Shown in pieces: positions 1-13,000 of a stretch of 64,000 nucleotides of DNA. This DNA is from an uncultured virus (IMG/VR IMGVR_UViG_3300002219_000864) (Duplodnaviria; Heunggongvirae; Uroviricota; Caudoviricetes). Both the position numbers and the translations under genes were made by a program. The stretch covers positions 1-64,000 of IMG/VR virus record IMGVR_UViG_3300002219_000864; one strand, 5' to 3'. Numbering within the stretch: the first letter of the stretch is position 1; every line of letters starts with the position of its first letter. The notes beneath the pieces were generated by a model. The model saw only the letters and a program-made list of their open reading frames with translations, ran no database searches and was not told the DNA's origin.

Positions 1-120
1 ATGAATTTTCAGCATATGCCTGAACTGAATTGGTTGCTTGGCTATCCTTGGGCAATTGTGCTGATGATAGCCTCAGGCATTGCTCCATATTTGTATTTCA
101 AACGAAAATGGTGGCTTTGA
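1..120 (+). CDS. corA: CorA-family Mg/Co transporter, C-terminal fragment (5' truncated by window)
   Basis: Frame 1 reads [39 protein letters not shown]: the (G)MN...MPEL loop, the last TM helix and the F(K/R)RK.WL end typical of CorA. Confidence 0.9.
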   Translation: MNFQHMPELNWLLGYPWAIVLMIASGIAPYLYFKRKWWL

Positions 121-340
121 TTGACGTCAGGCACATATCAATTTAAACAGGCCGACCATCCTAGAGACGACAGCTTGGACTTAAAGGTCATGCTGCATTT
201 CAACCTGTAATTCTTAGAATATCATTTCAACAAAGCTATTTAGTTGAAGGTGGAGCATGGGTGCGTATAGCAGTTGGATTCTGCACATCGTAAAAAAAGA
301 CTGATATGGCAACTACTGCACAAAAAAAAGAAAACCCATG

Positions 341-369
341 TTGCCAAAGTGCACACAATGTAGTAAATT
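341..369 (+). promoter_or_regulatory. sigma70-like promoter of the TA pair, probably giving a leaderless mRNA
   Basis: TTGCCA (341-346), 17 bp spacer, TAAATT (364-369). ATG at 376 with no Shine-Dalgarno sequence. Confidence 0.6.
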
Positions 370-375
370 TAATAC

Positions 376-660
376 ATGAAAAGTATAAACTGGAGTACAG
401 AAAAAAGTCAGGCACTGAAAGAGTCACGAGGTATCTGTTTCGAGGATGTGATTTTTTACATTGAGAGGGGTGATATTTTGGATGATTATCTACATCCCAA
501 TCAGAAGGCGTACCCAGGACAAAGAATCATGGTCATTAACGTTGCCAATTATGCATATCTCGTACCCTATGTTGAGAATGAGGAAGAACTATTTCTAAAA
601 ACAATTATTCCGAGCAGGAAAGCAACACAACAATATATTGGAGACAAACATGAAGACTAA
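376..660 (+). CDS. BrnT-like type II toxin (ribonuclease)
   Basis: 94 aa; INWSTEKSQALKESRGICFE and LKTIIPSRKAT match the BrnT-like pattern; overlaps the downstream antitoxin start. Confidence 0.8.
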   Translation: MKSINWSTEKSQALKESRGICFEDVIFYIERGDILDDYLHPNQKAYPGQRIMVINVANYAYLVPYVENEEELFLKTIIPSRKATQQYIGDKHED

Positions 661-967
661 GCTAACAAAAGAAGAGAAAAAGATACTTGACAGCTTCGAG
701 AAAGGGGAATGGGTTCCTGTCAGTGATCTTTCAAAAAGAAAGAAAGAATTGGCGGCGTATGCCCGGAACACATTGCGAAAAGACAAGAGGCTGAACATAC
801 GGATTTCCGAAAGAGACCTCCTGGAACTACAGAGAAAGGCCATCAAGGAAGGCTTACCATACCAGACCTATGTGTCAAGCATCATTCACAAATTCATCAA
901 CGGCACCCTAATCGACGAAGGCAGGGGACGGACGGGACGTTCAGGCAATGTTAAACGTGATGATTAA
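650..967 (+). CDS. CopG/RHH-like antitoxin
   Basis: ATG at 650 overlapping the toxin end; KDKRLNIRISERDL...EGLPYQTYVSSIIHKF is the RHH antitoxin signature of this TA family. Confidence 0.8.
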   Translation: MKTKLTKEEKKILDSFEKGEWVPVSDLSKRKKELAAYARNTLRKDKRLNIRISERDLLELQRKAIKEGLPYQTYVSSIIHKFINGTLIDEGRGRTGRSGNVKRDD

Positions 968-1003
968 TTCGTTGATTGGTTGAAGCTGTCTACTCCTATT
1001 CCA

Positions 1004-4000
1004 TCATTCCCCAACCCTAAGCAACTCCCGTTTCGTCGGTACCATGACTCCCTTTATCTGTCTGCTCATCTCCGATGACCGGATGAGTGGCACCCTGCCT
1101 GCCAGACCTGCATTGATAAGGGCCTTGTTGTATTCACCCTGCTTTTTGTATATCTTCGTCAACCCAGTATTTGTCCTGTTCGGGTTAACTGCCCAGGTCC
1201 GCAGCTCTTCATAGAGAGCGTCTTTCCTTTTTACAAAACCCTGTTCTTCCTGATACATCTCGTTGCTTCTTTCCCGTGTTAACGATTGCCGGGAACTCTG
1301 AAAACCTATGACCCTTGCTGCTGTTTCTCCTACTGTCGGTTTGTACGGCTTTATTCCCTTGTCCCACAGGACACGGGTCTTTTCTGTTACGACACCTGTT
1401 TTGGCTTCCCGTATCCCCCGTAGGATGTTTGCCGCAGCTGTGGGCAGTGTTTTCTCCAGCGCCCTTCCAGTCTGTCCAGTGCTCACGAAATGACTGGCTT
1501 TCGCGATATCCTCGGCAACACCACCTATTGCACCCGTCAGGCCCAATAGCCCTGTCGGGATACCAAGTCCAATCCCCAGCGATCCTGAAATATCGACACC
1601 GGCCAAGCCAAACGTTCCTCTACGCCCTAAAACTTCAGCGTGCTCACCAAGGTATTTCCTCGTCTTGTCCCACACGAACTTGTCCACCCCTGTGGTGATG
1701 CCCAGCATTCGGAGCATGCCGTTGATAAGCCACAGTAACTCATCTTTGAACGGCCACGCAGCTCCACCGGCGATAATCAGCGGTGCAGCCAGCGCCCAGG
1801 TAAAACCAACAATGTTGTGTTTCTTTGCGCCGAGATCATATAAGAGCTCGACATAGTTGTGGCCAAAGTTGCCATAGACATACATGGCCTGCCCTACCCG
1901 TGCACTTGCCGATGTTCCCTGAGCCCATTCCGGCATGTTTGCCTTGCCATATGCTGCATGCGCCTTATCGGTGGCCTCGATCGCCGCACTGTAAGATGCC
2001 TCCACGAGTTCCTCACCGGTCAGCCCTTCCCGTTCAAAGCGCTGTTTTGCCACCTTGTATGCCGCGAGGATCGTCGTGCCCCTGTTCCACTGCTCGGTTT
2101 TGCTGAACATGAACATGGCCACTTTCATCATCCGGTCCCACGAGCGTTCAAGACCTCCCTGCATGGCACCCAACGCATCCCTGGTGAGTTGCGGGGCGTC
2201 GTACCCTTCCCGTGTGATACGCTCGGCTACAACCTGATCCTCTGCCACCAGGGTCCTTCCCGCCATGTGTTTCGCATAGGAACGGCCCGCACTCGCGATC
2301 TCTTTGTGCACGGTCACCATACTCACCTTCCCGCCACCGGCATACTGGTGGATGGCGGCAGGGGCGGATGTCACGATGGCCGTCAGGTTGACGACTGCTG
2401 AGCGCGGGTTGAACCCTAAGAATTTCAAGGTCGCAACTGCTTTTGCATACGCCATAACCCTGTCGGCGATATCGCTGTTTCTCAGGTTCTCCTCGATGTA
2501 CCGCTTCGCGGTGTCGTATGCCTTCGGTTCATTTGTAGGGTCGATCTGCTGGAGAAGCTCGGTCGCTTTCTGAGAGACCTCGCCTTTTGCCATGCCCCCG
2601 GCAACGCCCGACGTGTAGCGCAGGTATGCCTCGATGGGGTCTTCGATGTACCCCTTGACCACCCTCCCCTTGGGAACACGGTGTATCTTGGTGGATTCGA
2701 TGCCCCGCTCGCGGATCATGGTGGCGGCCTGCTCAATCAGGTCTTCGTTGAACTTCGCGAGCAGATCGGCGCTTATCGTGCTCTTCATGCCGGTCACGGC
2801 ATAGTCAATAGACTTCTGCACGTCGATCGTCCTGATGTTCAGGTAGACCGATTCCGGCAGCCTCTGGGAATCTCTCACCTTTACCTCATGGTACCCTTCC
2901 CGCTCAAGCTCCTTTGACCGCAGCTCACTCCAGTATTTGCTCCCCTGTTCGCGGATGTAGTGACGGTCCCCAAATTCGTCTTCCTTGTACGCGGTTATGA
3001 CTATGGATCCGGTCTTTCTCAACCGCGGGAAGTAGTAACCCCGCCACTGGTCCATGACCTGCAAGGCCCCCATAATGGTCTGCCTCAGCTCGGCCTTGTA
3101 ATCCTTGTGGGCCTTCCGGAAGGACTGCTTGTGGTCGTTCCACCAGTCTTCCGCTGTCTGTTCGGTGAACGCTTCCTTCGAGAAATGGATGGCCTGGACC
3201 TCCACACCCCCGGCCCGGCTGTGCCCCATGATATAATTGATCCCTTGGTGGTAGGGCAGCCCTGCCCGCTCCTGCCTCTCCTTCCCCGAAGCGGTCCAGA
3301 AACTGTCGAATTCCTTCGTGGGCCTCACGGTAAAAATGTGGAAATTCTTGGTCCCTTCCTCTTCAAGTGCAAATGGGTCCTCTTCGTATCCCTGCTCTTC
3401 GAGCTTCTTGAGCAGTTCCTTCATGGGTGCCTGCCGTGCGTCGAGCATCTTGTCGAAAGCTGCCCTGATGAGTAGAGCAACCCTTTTGACATCCTCGGAA
3501 ACCTTCATGTTTTTGATGCGGTCTTCAAAGGTCCACTCCTTCTCACGGACCCACTCAGTGTCAGCCACGATCAGGATACGCGAAAGGTCCTCGTAACCCT
3601 TCCTGTCAGTCTTTCGAAGCCTGGCCACTTCCTCGGATACGGTCGTAGCTTTCCCGGTGTCGTTGAAATCGTAAAATAACTCGTGATACGTTTCCTGGCG
3701 GTGGTGGGCCATGACGTTGAAGAGCTGCTTCAACACCGGATGTTCATACCATAAGGGGTTCTTCAGCACCCGTTCAAGGAAATGGGCGTGCGGAAGGTTC
3801 TCCGGCATGTGTGCCATGATGGTTGCCGCTGCCGCCTTCGCGTGATCACGCAGCCATCCCTTGATCTCCAAAGGCGACGCCTTGGGCTCCGGTGGGGCAA
3901 TCGCCTCGATCTGGCGCAAGATGTCATCTAGGACCGTGCTGCCCGTCGAATGACTTTCCATCGCCTTCTTGAAGTACGTCCCGGTGGTAGCCTTCGGCAT

Positions 4001-7000
4001 GACCCCGGAATAGCTTCGCGCCCGGTCAATCAGATGGAGGATGTCGGCATCAGTCCACGCAAGGTTCGGAGCTATCCTTCTCAGCGCTGCCCGAATGATC
4101 CCAAAGACCCTGGTCCATACCGGCGTGGCTTCCCGTGCCTCCGCCATGTGGGCGATGAATTCATTGACGGCAACCCTGCGGTCATCCCTGTCGTTTAAGT
4201 CGAGGGGAAGCCTCAAGGTCCCCATTTTCTGGCCGTACCCTGTGACGATGCGATCCATGAGCGGCGTCCCCTGGTATGCTTTCGCGATCTGCTGCCAGAT
4301 GAGATCCACATCGGCATTCCGAAGAATTGCGGTGATCCCCCGATGCCCGATTGTCTCATGGATGAGGGTAACGATTGCAGACCGTGCGTTCGGGATGGAG
4401 TCAGCGATGATATAGGTGGTGTCCGTTTCCTGATCGTAGGCCCCGAAGATGGTGTCCCCCTCCTGCACATACCGCATGAACCGAACCGGCAGCTCACGAC
4501 CAGACTTGATGACCTGTACCTTCCCGATGTTCTTCCACTGATTCAAGGGCAGTGCAAGGAACTGTCTCACCTGGTCCACTGAGAACCGTGGCGTCTTCGG
4601 CGGTCGGATGTCAAAGGAGAGGTTCTTCATGTCATCCGCGGTGGTCAGCTTGAGGAACGTCGGGTCTGCGTCGGGGGTTACCATGCCCCGCTTCATCATG
4701 CTACCGCCAGCATCGATGACGTCCAAAACCTGGAGGTTGGCTGCCTTCCCAAAATTGGAAATATTCCGAGCTTCCTCTTCGAGAAGCGCTCGCTGCGGGG
4801 CATATACGATCATGTTTGAGGCGTTCCTCCGCTCAGCTTCCTTAAGCAGCATGCGCTGGATCTCTCCCCGTATCGGCGTCAGCCTCTCTATCGCAATGGT
4901 ACTGATTAATTTATTGCGAACGTCGAAAAAACCTACGGTAATATTCGGGTTATCTTCTTTGATCCCGGCGAGGTTGAATATTTTTACCGCCTCGGCAGGG
5001 GATGACGCGGCCAGTCTTCCGGTCTTCTGTTTGCTGTAACGCCGCTCAACAACGGGGATCGTTTCCGTCTGCGGGCGTTTTTTTAGCATTTTGCCGGTCG
5101 TATCCCTTACCCCGCCCTCGTAGTAGTTCATTGCCACATATTCCGTCGGTGTGACGGCCATGATCCCGTGGACCGTCGCTCCCGACCCCTGGGCGAGTCG
5201 AAACAACCTATCCCCTACATTTTTGTCCTCTTCGGACAACTCCGCTACGCCAGACGGGTGGTTGTGGATAAACCATAGCCCCGTCACTCCCTCGGTGTTG
5301 AGGGCTTGCCCGACGGCCACGACAGGCTGCACGATCGACGAGGATATACCGCCCCTGCTTATGCGGTGGACGCTGTGGACAGTACCGTCGTCTTTGGTGA
5401 GGATTGCTGCGAATGTTTCCTGGGGATCGTCGAGAAGGTTGCGGGCTATCTCACTAACATCGTCAATGCTTCTAATCTTGCTTGTTCCAGCGCGATAGCT
5501 GCCGATTCTTTCAGTGAAAACTTCTTGTTTACGCGATACGGCGCTGGGTCTTCGACGAGAAGTTCGTCCGGATTCGGCGGTGTCGGTATTGAATAGCGCA
5601 CCCTGTTCTTGTGCTTTGTCGCCATACCCAAGTTTATTCTCTGCGATACTGGTTGTCAACTGGCCGCCCCCGCCTTCCACATCGAAGATGGGGCTGATGG
5701 CCAGGATTTCTTTCATTACCGCGATCCCGTCGTCGCCGGTGGGGATAAATACCCGTGTCTTATAGCTGATGCGCTCGATGAGTGCACCGCTGTGTTCAAG
5801 CTGCGTCTCGAACCGCCACAGGGTTTCGCCGGTGACTTCGATCCGGTCCATACCCTGGGTTCTCACGCGCTTCAGCGTCCAATCGTTCGCAAGCTGTATC
5901 GTTTCCCCATTGTCCAGGATGGCGTTGTATGCCTGTTCCGGCGTGTACGCTGCAGTTGACTTGTCAACATTGAGCTTTTTCAGCACACCGTTGAGGCTCC
6001 TGTCAGGAATCAGCCGGCCCAGCAGCTTTTCGCCCGTGTTGAGCTTGAGCCGCATCACCCTGACGTGTTCCTGGGGGAGCCGGTCCCATATGGGCAAGAG
6101 GGCACCGGTAATAAGGTGGATCTTTCTCGTTTTCGTCTTCGGCACCTTGTCGTGCTGTTCACCCCATATCGCTTCGGCCTTCGCCATGTCATCAATCCGT
6201 TCGTATTTTTCCCCGTCCTTAAGGTCTTGCGCTTCCACAACATGTACAGTGCCCCGGGGACTCGTGAGGGTTACGACAGCCGTCACTTCGCCGGTGCCGG
6301 TATCGGTGGTGATCCGCTCCCTGTTTGCCGCCCATACAACACCACTCTTTTTGTTCACCACATATCCGGAGGCTGCCCACATTTTACTTGTCCGAAAATC
6401 AACGGTTACAGCGTCCTCGGAGAGTTCGATCTCGTTGTACTTTGTCTGCTCTCCCTGGGGACCGGTGTACACAATTTCTTCCCGGGTCCGTTTCGCCCCC
6501 TTTGCTAAAATGGTTTCCATGCCCGCGTCGAGGGTACCGTCTGCAGCAGCCTTTTCGATGATCTTGTCAAGGTGGGCGTCGAAGGCATTAAAAACTTCCT
6601 CTTGCCGGTCCACGGTCAGCGAAAGCAGCCTGTTCAAAAATTGGGTTATCTCGGGGATGTCGTCCCTGAGCTGACCCTGGTCGTCGGTCAGCCTCATGCC
6701 CGTTTCTTGTTCAAATTCCGCCATAGACATGTTCTCAATTCCGCCGCGGTAAATCGTGTGGATGAGCCGGATGAACGCCTGCCGCGCGTGCGAATTTTCA
6801 AGGTTGTCCTTCAGCTTGAAGATGCCCTGCGTCGCCGTGTCGCGCTGCCCCTTAGTGAGCGATCCCAATTGTTCGAGACGTCGCGCAATAGAGGAGATGA
6901 ACCGTTTCTGCCCCTTCAGGTTTGTTGTGACCAGGTGAACGTAAGGAGGCTGTTTCTGGTTGCTCCGGTGGGTCCGGCCCAACCCCTGGATAGCCCGGTC

Positions 7001-10000
7001 GGCCCTCCAGCCAGGTTGCAGTAAATAATGGTGCCGCAGCCGCTGGTTCTTCTCTGTCTTGTCCGCGTGGAAGCTCCTGCCGGTTCCAGCCGCGTCGGAA
7101 AAAACGAGAAGCTGTTTCTTGTCATTCATGAAAGCATGGATGTCGTTGAGCCCTTTCGCCTTGCTCCACCGTTCCACGACCCGCTCTTTCTCGCCCTGGT
7201 CGTTTGTTTTGTCTACAAGCCTTTTCGACCGGCCCGTTGCCTCCGCTGCCTTCTCGATGCCAAAATGGCGGATAATCATGTCAAGGGGTGCATCCGGCAC
7301 CTTCAGCATGCCGAGCCTCCGCAGCAGCGCGTCGCGCATGGCCACGGCTTCCCGGTTGATGACGGGGTTCCCCTTCGAGTCGAGGACAGGGCGCGAACGA
7401 ATATTTCCGTTGTCGTCGGTGTACTCTTCATATTGCTGGACAGGGAAGCTGTGTTCCAGGTAGTTCATCAGCCCCTCACGCGGGGTGAGATCGAGGTCTT
7501 CCAGACGTTCCCCCTCCTCCCGTCTGGCCATCGCCCGGTCGGTTTGTGCCTCGTTTGTGTTCACGAGCTGCACCACGGCTGCGTCGCCGTCGGCGAGGTT
7601 CTTCTCTATAGCCTTGATGACTGTCGGGGTCTGCATGGACGTGATGATCTGGTTGAAAAACCGCTGATGCGCGCCCCAGAATGCGCCCATGACATTCTTT
7701 CTGGCGTTGCCGTTCCTCGTGATGACCTGCCCGGTGTGGTTGGTCGCGGTTACGCCTGTCGCCTGGAGTGCGGCGTGGATGTTCTGCAACACGATCTGCC
7801 ATGACCGGGCCATCTCATCGTAAATGGCCTTCTGGTTCTCGGTCAACTCGTGCTCGATAGTTTCGTACTTCACCCCGTCAAAGGAAAGGTTCCGGGCACT
7901 ATAGGATCCCATGGCCTTGAGCCCCTGGGCGATCATTTCCATGCCGGCGATACCAGCACCGGAAATCTGCTCGATGAAATTCCGCTTGTTGGAAAAAGGC
8001 GTTCCCTTCCCCCACAACCCGAGGTGATCGCAGTAGGAAAGGTTCGCAACTTCCGTTGCACCCGTTGCTGACGCATAGACAACCCGCGAATTGTATAGAC
8101 GCGACTGCAGCTCAACGCCAACGACCGCCTTCATGGACGGCTTTTTCGTCCCCCGCTTCCCCCTGGTAGACAGAGCGTTTCCCATGTTGTGGGATTCGTC
8201 AAATGCTATGACACCGTCGAAATCCTCACCAGTCCACTCGACGACGGGGTCAATCCGGCGCGCCGCGCCTTTTTTGTACTTTAACGTGTCGTAGCTTATG
8301 AAAAGGATACCCTCTTTCTGCTTGATGGGCTGGCCGAATTTCACGGTGGCATAATCTATTACCAGGTTCGGGTCCATGCCGAGTGCTATAAGATCGCGCT
8401 TTGCGTCGTGGATAAGGTCCGTATTCTGGCTTATCCAGAGAGCCCTGCGCCGGCCCCGATTCCAGTTATCGAGGATGATGCCGGCGATCTCCCGGCCCTT
8501 GCCCACTCCGGTGCCATCACCGATGAAGAATCCCTTGCGGAATGTGTGGAACGTTTTGCCTTCCTGGCTCCCGCTGCTTGCAACGTTGCCTTGTGCGTCA
8601 AGATAGACGCCGGAGTCGAGGGTTTCCCCGTGGGCCTGTCCGGCCATGGTGATAGCTTCGAGCTGGACGTCGCTTAATGCACCGGTTTCAGCGAGTTTCT
8701 TGTCGATATTTGGCACATACCGAGTTTTTGGAGCTTTTACGGTGGCCATCGCCGCACTTTCAACAAGTTCCGCCGGGTGCGGCTGCGCCCCATCAATTTT
8801 TATGGAGGGCGTGTATTCCTCGAAGATGTTGCCCGATTCGAGGTCTTCGTCTGAATATTCTTCGGTTTGTTGAACGGTAAGGGCTGGCTCGGGGGTTAGT
8901 AATTTGCCGCTTCCAGCATGCTCGTCAGCTGGTCTACTACCGCCCACGCCAGGTCTTCCGCTGATATCGTCGGCAGCTCTCTCTGGTCCGCCAGGTCCCC
9001 GTCCCTCTGGAGCAGTCTCCAGGCCCGTTTCGGTTCCAGCCCCGCCAGCTCCTCGAAGAAGGGGTATACCTCCTGGCCCCGGACGCTGTTGAGCGGGACC
9101 CTGCCCGCGTTCCACTGTTCCTCCACCAGCTGGAGGCAATACAGCATCGACGGGTCGGGATCCTTGAGAAACTTCTTCGCTGCCTGGTTGAGCGGATGGT
9201 TGTTCTGTGACACTGTTTCTCGCATCGCGTACTCCTTTCAGGAGGGCAACGGCATGTTTGATGTCGCTGACTTCCTCTTGTATTACTGTAGCATTCATTT
9301 TCGATTTGTCAATCACGATCAAGCGGTTGTCATAGGTGGTGCCGTATTTTTTGTAGCCCTCGCCGGAGATGGTGATATCGGCGATTACGTCATTGGTGAC
9401 ATCGATGTTGTCCAGCCACTCGTTGAAAGTTTTCGATTCGCCGAACAACCCCTTGCCGGTGAGCACCACAAGACGCCCACCTGGCTTAAGCCTCGACAAC
9501 GCCTGGCCAATATGCCTGATGAGGTTCTCGGGGCTTCTGCGCCCCTGCATCCGGCCTGCCGTTGCAGAAAAGGGCGGGTTCATGATGATTACGGTGGGCT
9601 TTATGTGATCTGGAAGGATGTTATTGAGCTGCTCGCCGTTCTCGGTGAACACCTGCCCGAAACCCATCTGCCGCAACATGCTTGCCCTCCGCTGCGAAAG
9701 TTCATTAACGTACACCTTCGCCCCTGCGTTCCGGGCAAACACCGCGAGGCCGCCCACACCTGCCGATGGCTCCAGGACCGTCTCCCCCGGCTTGATGTTC
9801 GCCACCCATGCCATGAGGAAAGCCAAATCCGGGGGTGTCGAGAACTGCTGGTACTCGTCCATCTCCTTTGTTCTGAAGCCATGCTGCGAGGGGATCTTGT
9901 CAAGGACGTGTTCCCGTATGCTGTCAATCGTGTCACGGGCGTCGATGACCATGCCTCTCGTGGGATCGTATAAGCGCTGGCCCTGTCCGAGGTAGCGGTT

Positions 10001-13000
10001 TATACCCAGCTCCATGGCATCGAAGAGGTCCTTCCAGGTGAACGCTCCGCTGGCAATGGTGCCGCCGTACGCCTCTTCCCCCCACTTCATGAGCTGCTCA
10101 CGGGTGAACGTTTCCTGGTTGGCGAGCGCGGCATCGACCTTTGCCATGATGGCGCGGGCGGCCTTTATCTTGTCGGCGTCCATGCGTTCTTCGGTTGGTG
10201 ATGGTGCCTGCGGTTGCTTGGGTTGGGTTCCTTGCCCGGTTGCATTTGGTGCGGCTGTTGTTTGTGTGCTCTCGTCTGTTGTTAGAAATCGAGGATCTTT
10301 ACGCTCTACATCAAACGTTATTCCGTTTCTGGTAGGAGTAAGGCCAACTGGTTCGGTTATCCGGATGGGTCCCTCCATGATGGAGCGGACGCCCTTCTCG
10401 TCCTCGAATATCTCCTGGCCATACTTGTTCTTCCCGATAGCCTTTGGTATCAGTGCCCCCCTGCCCGTCGTTAAGGGTGACTTCTCCGTTCCCCCTTTCT
10501 TGGATTGCCATGGCACCATGTCCGGGTGACTATACATAGCATCGAAAGCCTTGGTGATCTTCTCCGCCGGATCCTCGGTACCGTAAAATGACCATACCTT
10601 CTTAGGGCCGTACCATATTCCTCTCGCCTTCTTGATCGCGTCCTTGTAGTTCCTGGTGTTGCCCCCAAGGTTCCACACGGGATGCCCGTTCTTGGTCGTT
10701 GTCTTTACCAGGGTCAACCCGACGCTTTTCAGCTTGTCGTAAGCGTCTGATGTGCCGGTAACGGTTCCGGTTTCCGGTGTGTGCGCCGCCTGTTGCTGCG
10801 GTGGCTGTTCCTTCGGCTTTGGCCTGATTTTCTCCGCCTCTTCCGGGTATTGACTCGCCCACGCATCAAAAGCGTCCTGGTACTTCTGCGCGTCCTTGTC
10901 GTAGCTTGCAGCGACACGTAAATGAGAAGCCCTGTTAGAATCTTTTCGTGCCCGGGTAGCTGCTTCCCGTGAGTTCTGCGCGTGTTTCTTGCTGTACGAG
11001 ATCATGCCAAAGACGTTCTCGGGTGTCTGCCACCGGCCATCGAAGTAAATATCCTTCACGAGCTTGCCGGTAAACGGTTCTGTTTCGCGTTCAAGTTCCT
11101 TTGCCTGCATGGACGGAAAGCTCAATCCGTTGTCGGTTTCCACTTCATAGGTGACGGTGTGCGATGATTGTCCCCCGAAAATGGGTGTCATGGTGTAGCC
11201 TCCTACCGCCTTGACGACGCCGTGCCTGCCTCGCATGGACAAACCGTAATGCTTATCGTTGATTACAACCCGGTCGCCGGCTTTGTACGTTTCGGGCTTC
11301 GGTGTCTCCTTTGGTGCCTCCGCTTCCTGTTTTTTGGTCATAAGGTCGTGGCGTTTGATGTACTTGAGTACCGCCTCGGCGAAACTCTTGGCGTCCCAGG
11401 TGTTCAGATATACCCTTTGCGATTCCGACAGTGGCGCATTACTGCTCAATATCTCATTAACCACGTCGCCGTGTGCTTCATTAGCCCATTTTTCAAGGGC
11501 TATCAATATATTTCGTTCGCCATTGTCAGCGTTCAGATACGGCTTTGCCTTCTCTATTGTTAGGTCGCGGATCCTCTCGGAAAGAGACATGTCAAACGTT
11601 TTGCCCTTTCCCGCTGGCTTCCCTGCATCTGCCATCAGCTTCTTGTCGATGGCCTCGACGATCTTCGAGGTGTACCAGTTTCCCTCGAATTTCACGCCCA
11701 ACATTCCGGCATACATACGGGCCTTGATAAGATGGTCGCGCCAGCCGTCGGGAGGATCTATTTTGGCTTTCTTCCCCTGGGCGATCTCTGCGGCCACGTC
11801 CCACGCCTTTTTTTCCGACGGGAATATCATTACAGTCGGCAAGAATTCCATGGAGTCATTGTCTCTGATGGATACGGAAAAGCTATTGCCGTTGATGTTA
11901 CCAGCGACGAATATTTCGAGGTTGTTTTCCTTGTCTGGTATGGTGCCAAGAAGTTCTGTCGGGCCAAAAGGCGGCTTCTTTGCCCCGGTTTCGGAGGTTG
12001 TGCCCGTGGGATTTATACCCACGGGCGTTTCCTTTCCTTCCATCGCCCTAGATGCTGCCCGCTGTTCTGCCGTCGGCATCCTCAAATTTCCTGTTGTTGT
12101 ATGCAGTTCATCCTTTATATTGTTGGCTTTTTCTGTTTCTCCCCCCTCGATCGCTTCTTTTATGGCCTTCTTGGTTTCGTCAACCACCGCCTCGTAATCG
12201 GAGAACCTTGGGCCAACCAACTTCTTGAGCCTCGCCCCCAACTCTTCGTCAACATCCCCTATGTTTTCTGCAAGAGCGCTGGACACCGGCCCCCACGAAA
12301 ATCCCTCCTCGGCGGGGCCTTCTTCGATTTCCTTCGGGGCTTCCGTTTTTGCCACTTCCGGTACAGGCTTATTTTGTTCCTCGGCATACTGCGCGGCTGC
12401 CGCTTCGTAAAACTGTTTCGCCTTCCCTTCCGGCTGCGCGTCAACGGCACCAAAGAGATACGCCTTCACATCGAGGCCCTTAGTCGTGGCCCGCTTTGCG
12501 ATCTCTTCAAGGATCGGCCGTAGCTTCTGGTACAGCTCCTGCTTGATACCCTCAGTCTTACCGTAGTCGATACGGGTATCCGATACCTTTCCCTCATCTT
12601 CTTCGATGAAGTGGTTGATTATATCGAATGCGTCTGTGACCAGCTCGTTGATTGATTTCTTTGAAAGGTCCTCGGTTGGTGGAACGTTGATCTTTTGAGG
12701 CTTATTCTTTGCCGCGAGGGCTTCCGCCAGCTTCTTCTTCTGCTCTTCTTCTTTTTCCCGCTCGGTTTGAAATACTGGCTTGGGCCGTGTGAACAGTTCC
12801 GCTTTCGGTTCTTTTGTGGTTTTGAATTCCCCCTGCTTCACGGGCTGGTTGCCGGAGAGGGTGAAGATGTCGTTGGTGTTGAAAAGTTCCCCGTCTGTCG
12901 TGGGGGCTGGCCGCTCGGTTTTGGATTTCTTTACTTGTTCTTTGAGGGCCGCAAGTCTTTCAGCAAACTCTTTGCCAGCGATTTGATTATCACTTGCTGC

